Below, one piece after another: positions 63,401 through 64,000 of a DNA stretch of 64,000 bases. Position 1 is the first letter of the stretch, and each line of letters opens with the position of its first letter. The DNA lies in NCBI RefSeq assembly GCF_044704955.1, contig NC_091977.1, forward strand, positions 12,462,001 through 12,526,000. The letters are read 5' to 3'. This stretch comes from Pristiophorus japonicus (Eukaryota). A program made the translations under genes and the position numbers. The notes beneath the pieces were generated by a model. That model made no database searches, was not told the origin of the DNA, and worked only from the letters and a program-made list of their open reading frames with translations.

Positions 63401-64000
63401 GTCAACGCCAATGCGTAAGCTAGCATACAGCGATGGGCTCTCACGCTGGCTGCGTATGACTACACCATACGGCACCGGCCTGGCACTGAAAATTGTGCTG
63501 ACGCACTCAGCAGGCTTCCGCTGGCCACCACCGAGGGGGCAGCGGAGCAAAGCGCTGAGATGGTCATGGCTGTTGAGGCTTTTGACACCGCAGGCTCCCC
63601 CATCACAGCCCGCCAGATCAAAATCTGGACAAACAGAGATCCCCTCCTATCCATGATAAAGAAATGTGTCCTGACTGGGAATTGGGCGCCCGCCCACAGG
63701 GCGTGCCCCGATGAGGTCAGACCGTTTTAGAGATGGATGGATGAGCTCCCCATCCAAGCCGACTGCCTACTATGGGGCAGCCAGGTGGTCATGCCCCAGA
63801 AAGGAAGGGAAGCGTTCATCAGGGAACTCCACAGCGAGCACCCTGGCATTGTGCTAATGAAGGCCATTGCCCGGTCACATGTATGGTGGACGGGGATTGA
63901 CTCAGACCTGGAACACTGGGTTCGCAGGTGCACGACGTGTGCCCAGCTGGGCAATGCCCCCAGGGAGGCCCCGCTCAGCCCGTGGCCCTGGCCCACCAGG
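60485..64000 (+). mobile_element. Gypsy retrotransposon, 5' LTR to start of integrase (runs off the window), frameshifted
   Basis: LTR 60485-60743; PBS TGGCGACGAG 60746-60755; gag ATG 60781; MELDTGAS; FQDD; LTCDASS; DHKPL; integrase HHCC near the window end. Confidence 0.93.

Overview
Repeat-dense vertebrate DNA, inferred to be cartilaginous fish (shark) from the CR1 LINEs with SGNH-esterase ORF1 and 8-bp tails, a SacSINE1/DeuSINE-type SINE, and Tx1, Harbinger and Gypsy families. Most of the window is transposable elements, often nested 2-3 deep. The host genes are two tandem, same-strand paralogues (A ~2.6-20.4 kb, B ~47.3-60.3 kb) of an Ig-superfamily receptor. Each has two consecutive phase-1/phase-1 V-set exons, the first closely resembling the Siglec-15 V domain. 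A candidate signal-peptide exon (28710-28770) behind an ETS site probably belongs to copy B. Both V1 domains lack the sialic-acid-binding Arg (codons CTT and GGT, each one step from CGT). The V1 exons differ far more than their adjacent intron, mostly at amino-acid-changing sites. Copy A has a premature stop and no visible transmembrane exon. The duplicated unit also carries a complete two-gene Harbinger transposon. Copy-specific insertions give a readable history, including an unusual 3'-truncated Tx1 LINE with a perfect 16-bp target-site duplication (TSD). Family names come from recalled motifs, not database searches; many TE boundaries are approximate and all counts are manual.
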